Origin: a virus
Strand: one strand, 5' to 3'
Virus record (IMG/VR): IMGVR_UViG_3300031949_000096
Location: 1-39,498 of that record
Length of the DNA stretch: 39,498 bases
Below the pieces are notes generated by a model. The model did no database searches, was not told where the DNA came from, and was given only the letters and a program-made list of their open reading frames with translations. The position numbers and the translations under genes were made by a program. Of the stretch, positions 36,345 to 39,498 are shown piece after piece (within the stretch, counting starts at the first letter, position 1; the number at the start of each line of letters is the position of its first letter).

Positions 36345-37283
36345 TTAGAATTGCATCATCATCATCACTGCGCCGGAAGCAGTAGGTGGGGTGATGGTCG
36401 GAGTGAAGGTGCCGCTCGTGGTGAAGGTCCATATATCATTGCCCCCGGAGGTGGTCTTGCTACCGCCCACTGCAGAGGTAATCGTGCCGGTAGGCGCGGA
36501 GATAATAACGACGCCGCTGCCGCCATTGCTGCCGCCTCGCTCGGCGCCTACAATGCCCGCACCTCCACCACCACCGCCGAGACCGTCGGTGCCGGCGCCA
36601 CCGCTATCGCCCGAGCCTCCGCCGCCGCCTCCACCAGTACCTCCACCTCCACCTCCTCCGTTGCCTCCACCTCCTCCGCCACCACCTGCGTAAGTGACCG
36701 AAACGCCGGATATGCTTGATGCGGTGCCGTTGCCGCCCGAGCCGCCGGTAGAACCCGAGCCCGAACTACCACCACCTCCCTTACCACCACCACCACCGGC
36801 ACCGCCGCAGCCACCACCGGCACCGCCACCACCAGCTTCACCTTGGCCGCCGGTACCACTGCCGCCGCCGTTGGAGCAGCTGCCACCACCGCCCGAGCCG
36901 CCGCTTGAGCCGGTCTCGAAACCGCCGCCTGAACCGCCGCCGCCGCCGGTTGCGGTTATGGTGCCGCCGGTGAAGTTCACCGAGGAGTTGTTGCCGTTGC
37001 CGCCGTAGCTTCGAGTACCACCGCCGCCGCCGGCCGTGCCGACGGTGACGGTGTAGGTGACTCCGCTGTTCATGGTGCCGGAGCCGGTGAGCATACCGCC
37101 GGCGCCGCCGGCGCCTCCACCAGAAGAGGCTGCGTTGTTAGAACCGCCGCCGCCGCCGCCACCGGCCACGATGAGATAGCTCACCGATGCCGCGCTCGCC
37201 GTCGGCACCAAAAATCCGTAGGCGCTCGAAATGATGAGCGCTGCTATCGCGAGAGCTGATGCGTATTTATCGAGGCGAGTCAT
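36345..37283 (-). CDS. Glycine-rich secreted/anchored protein (312 aa)
   Basis: The signal-like N-terminus is MTRLDKYASALAIAALIISSAYGFLVPTASA. The body consists of GGGGxG tracts interrupted by short beta-like motifs (VTYTVTVGTAGGGGG, VSVTYAGGGGGGG). Confidence 0.65.
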   Translation of the reverse strand: MTRLDKYASALAIAALIISSAYGFLVPTASAASVSYLIVAGGGGGGGSNNAASSGGGAGGAGGMLTGSGTMNSGVTYTVTVGTAGGGGGTRSYGGNGNNSSVNFTGGTITATGGGGGSGGGFETGSSGGSGGGGSCSNGGGSGTGGQGEAGGGGAGGGCGGAGGGGGKGGGGSSGSGSTGGSGGNGTASSISGVSVTYAGGGGGGGGNGGGGGGGTGGGGGGGSGDSGGAGTDGLGGGGGGAGIVGAERGGSNGGSGVVIISAPTGTITSAVGGSKTTSGGNDIWTFTTSGTFTPTITPPTASGAVMMMMQF

Positions 37284-37287
37284 GGTG

Positions 37288-38298
37288 TTAGAAGGCTAGA
37301 ACGCTGCCGAGGAATATCTTGGGAGTCGAGGTGCCGTTGGTGACGAAGCCCGAGTAGACGTCGCACTTGTTGGCCGTCGCAGTTTGCGTGGGCGCCGTGC
37401 CGCCCGGCCACATGATGAGCGCATCCCAGGTGAAGGACCATGCGCCATTCGCACACACCACAAGGCGCACACTCTGTCCTATCGCCTGCTCGGCGTTAGT
37501 GATGTCAAGAGTGCGGCTCGCGGTGAGGTTGACGCGCGCGTAGGAGCTCGCAGAAAGGTCCCAGGTGACGGTTGCTCCGTCGGTGAGAGTGGCCTCCTGG
37601 ACCGCTACGGAGCCCACCACGGAGAGCGTGCGCTGGGGGGTGGTAGAACTGACGCCGATGCGGCTGTTGGTCGACCCTATGAAGAGGGAGGACGTCGCTG
37701 CGCCGGTGTTGGTGCCGTTGAAGTAGAGCATCTGCCCGAGGGTGCCGGTGATGGCCGTAAAGGCCGAGGTGCCGTTGCCCTGCAGGAGCCCGGTGAGAGT
37801 CGCTGCGCCGGTGCCACCCTGTGCGACGGTGACCGCGGCGGCCGTTGAGAGCAACGTGCCGGAGGTCGGGAAGGTGACGTCGGTGGTGCCGGAGGTCGTG
37901 AGCGTCAAGCCATGCGCGCCGGCGCGGATGAAGCTGTTGGCGCCGAGCGTGATGGTGCTCGGGAGTACCGGGGTGCCGGTGAAGGTCGGCGACACCGAAG
38001 CGACCAGGTCGCCGCAGGTGCCGGTTATCTCGCTCGCGCCCAGGATGGCGTAGAGCTTGGCGCAGGTGTTGATGTCGGTCGACGCCATCTTTGCGTCGAG
38101 CGCGCTCTGCAGGTCGGTCTGCGCCGAGAGAGTGCCGGTGATGTCACCCCAGGCCGTGCTGGAGACCGGGTCCGCGATGGAGTCGCCGGAGCCGAGAGAG
38201 GGGAGGATGTTGGCCGCGCCCGCAACGCCAATCGCGAAGGCCAAAATCGCCGCTAGTGTGATGCCTACTGCCCAGCCGAAAGGGATGTCTCGAGTCAT
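37288..38298 (-). CDS. Tail-fibre-like protein with an N-terminal hydrophobic anchor (336 aa)
   Basis: Begins MTRDIPFGWAVGITLAAILAFAIGVAGA. It has Thr/Gly/Ala-rich repeats and VAQGGTGAATLTGLLQGNGTSAFTA, a fibre-type motif. Confidence 0.55.
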   Translation of the reverse strand: MTRDIPFGWAVGITLAAILAFAIGVAGAANILPSLGSGDSIADPVSSTAWGDITGTLSAQTDLQSALDAKMASTDINTCAKLYAILGASEITGTCGDLVASVSPTFTGTPVLPSTITLGANSFIRAGAHGLTLTTSGTTDVTFPTSGTLLSTAAAVTVAQGGTGAATLTGLLQGNGTSAFTAITGTLGQMLYFNGTNTGAATSSLFIGSTNSRIGVSSTTPQRTLSVVGSVAVQEATLTDGATVTWDLSASSYARVNLTASRTLDITNAEQAIGQSVRLVVCANGAWSFTWDALIMWPGGTAPTQTATANKCDVYSGFVTNGTSTPKIFLGSVLAF

Positions 38299-38302
38299 AA
38301 GC

Positions 38303-38866
38303 CTATCGAGCTAAAGGCTTTCGTAATACTGCATCCGCGTGGAGCGCGCCTGCAGCGCCGGTGGCGTAGAAGTTGATGCGTGAGAACTTCTGCGCGTTCG
38401 GCTCGATGGAGACGTTCTTGGTCGAGGTGGCCACGGTGCCCGGGGTCCACTGGTGCTCATGACAAGCGGCGGAGTGGGTCGTGGAGGCAATGGCCACGCT
38501 CTTCGCGTCGGCGCAGTACCAGGTGCCCACGCCGGTCGTGTTGTTGTAGTCGCTGGAGAAGTCGATGGTCCAGCGGAACACGGTGGCGGTGGTCGATGCC
38601 TCGGCCACGAGGTTGAGGTCGAAGAGGTCCACCTCCTCCGTCGGGATGATGAAGCTCTGCGCGGCGGCCGCGCCGGTCGAAGCGAGGAACGCGCGCGTGG
38701 TCGTCGCCGGCTGGTTGCCGGGGAAGCTGCGCACGTTGGTCGCAAAGGCGGAGCCGAGGCTCTGCTCTTGCGCGGCGGGAGCGGGCTGCTGCGCGGCCTG
38801 GATGCCCATAAAGGCACCAACGAGACCTGCGAGGGCAATGGCTCCGGCGATGAGATACTTTTGCAT
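38303..38866 (-). CDS. Anchored/secreted beta-rich protein (187 aa)
   Basis: The N-terminus is MQKYLIAGAIALAGLVGAFMGIQAAQQ. It has 2 Cys and I recognise no domain. Confidence 0.6.
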   Translation of the reverse strand: MQKYLIAGAIALAGLVGAFMGIQAAQQPAPAAQEQSLGSAFATNVRSFPGNQPATTTRAFLASTGAAAAQSFIIPTEEVDLFDLNLVAEASTTATVFRWTIDFSSDYNNTTGVGTWYCADAKSVAIASTTHSAACHEHQWTPGTVATSTKNVSIEPNAQKFSRINFYATGAAGALHADAVLRKPLAR

Positions 38867-38910
38867 AATAATTTTGGCGTTGCGGGACGGTTATGTTAAT
38901 GGTCCCGACT

Positions 38911-38938
38911 CATTGCTCGAGCTCTCGCTCGAGCAATG
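38911..38938. other. Perfect 12-bp-stem hairpin in an intergenic region
   Basis: CATTGCTCGAGC-TCTC-GCTCGAGCAATG. No U-tract follows on either strand. A second 6-bp hairpin (CGGGAC...GTCCCG) is adjacent. Confidence 0.8.
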
Positions 38939-38948
38939 GTTGGAAACA

Positions 38949-39498
38949 CTAGCGGACTGCTGTGTCGTCGAAGTGGTAGTGCGCGCGGGCTCGAAGGTCG
39001 TAGCCTCGGTTAGTCGAGGTTGCGGTCTCGCAAGCGCCGGTGGTGCATACGCCGTTCGTCGCGCGGTTGATGTACGCGATGAGCGACCATCCTGCCGGGA
39101 GGCGGATGGAGCCTTGGCCACCTTGTGCGGTTGTCCCGACCGAGTTGGTCGTGGTAGCCGTCGTGGAGGTTGCCCAGGTGCCTACTACGAGCTGGTACTT
39201 GTCGGCAGCGATGGCGGTGTAGTCGTGTGAGTTCGGCACCTCCGTGGTGGAGGTAGCGAAGAGTCTCACGTTGACGGTCGAGGACGCAGTGCGGGTGCCG
39301 TCGGCGTTGGCCTTGAGCTCGAGCTCTGCATAATCGACATACATATCCTGGCTGGTCGAGTTGGTGAGGAGCACCGCCTGGTCGGCCGAGGCGCCGATGT
39401 CTCGCACTGCCCAGTTCTCCGCTACCGCGTAGGGAGTAGGGCCGGATGAGACGCCGTTGGGGTACCAGTCGCGGGTCTCCTGGACTCCGCTGACAGTC
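38949..39498 (-). CDS. 3' part of the junction-spanning gene (continues from 225..1 across the circle)
   Basis: The frame is open from 39498 down to the stop at 38949. It overlaps track ORF 38949..39407, and 39372..39498 duplicates 1..127. Confidence 0.8.
   Translation of the reverse strand, partial: TVSGVQETRDWYPNGVSSGPTPYAVAENWAVRDIGASADQAVLLTNSTSQDMYVDYAELELKANADGTRTASSTVNVRLFATSTTEVPNSHDYTAIAADKYQLVVGTWATSTTATTTNSVGTTAQGGQGSIRLPAGWSLIAYINRATNGVCTTGACETATSTNRGYDLRARAHYHFDDTAVR
39372..39498. repeat. Terminal direct repeat, copy 2 (identical to 1..127)
   Basis: Same 127-bp string as the window start. This indicates a circular or terminally redundant complete genome with a unique length of 39,371 bp. 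Confidence 0.97.

Noticed and set aside
36345-37283. The repetitive CCNCCN/GGN DNA might be a CRISPR-like array or the variable/template repeat pair of a diversity-generating retroelement.
   Set aside because: There is no repeat-spacer periodicity and no reverse transcriptase anywhere in the genome. The similarity between the two Gly-rich regions is low-complexity codon repetition rather than a TR/VR pair.
1-39498. Lysogeny or mobile-element features (integrase, attP, CI-type repressor, transposase).
   Set aside because: No tyrosine or serine recombinase motifs, transposase-like ORFs or long inverted terminal repeats are visible in any frame. The only nucleases or recombination proteins are RecT, the RecB-like::FtsK fusion, RusA, the MmcB-like protein and HNH. 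I therefore interpret the genome as a lytic or non-integrating phage, though absence of evidence by eye is weak.

Overview
The window is a complete, circularly closed genome of a GC-rich tailed dsDNA phage. The first and last 127 bp are identical, giving a unique length of 39,371 bp, and one gene is intact only across that junction. About 60 tightly packed genes lie on the minus strand, many with ATGA, TGATG or 8-nt overlaps. Only three small islands are on the plus strand (9622..9807, 13436..13618, 18437..19339).

Minus-strand order:
- A late promoter, a leader hairpin and three small genes.
- An HTH/TerS candidate, TerL, portal, three small head genes, scaffold and major capsid protein.
- Across the junction: five N-terminally anchored fibre-like or Gly-rich proteins, a membrane protein, a papain-like peptidase, adaptor- and nozzle-like proteins, a fibre, an internal protein, and a 1,569-aa polyvalent protein with a zeta-toxin-like kinase domain.
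- A lysis cassette: amidase, holin-like protein and SLT-like transglycosylase.
- RecT, a RecB-type nuclease::FtsK fusion, a DnaA domain-IV-only protein, an oriC-like non-coding region and RusA.
- A separate early leftward operon of about 9 kb (18291 down to 9794). It holds a KhpA-like KH protein, an MmcB-like nuclease, a TerS-like HTH protein, Zn-ribbon proteins, an HExxH peptidase and an HNH endonuclease.

I found no tRNA, CRISPR array, integrase, reverse transcriptase, or phage-encoded polymerase, helicase or primase.

Most notable is an apparent DnaA-centred control system:
- A 110-aa stand-alone DnaA DNA-binding domain is translationally coupled to the nuclease::FtsK gene.
- Next to it is an origin-like region with facing pairs of DnaA boxes, a GC cluster, a TA(A/G) trinucleotide array and an AT-rich element.
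- All six perfect TTATCCACA boxes in the genome lie in intergenic control regions.
- Three boxes or box-like elements (two perfect, one 7/9) sit exactly 7 nt from a GCTTGAC(A/G) promoter-like element.

All functional calls rest on motifs read by eye from the translations. No database search was possible.
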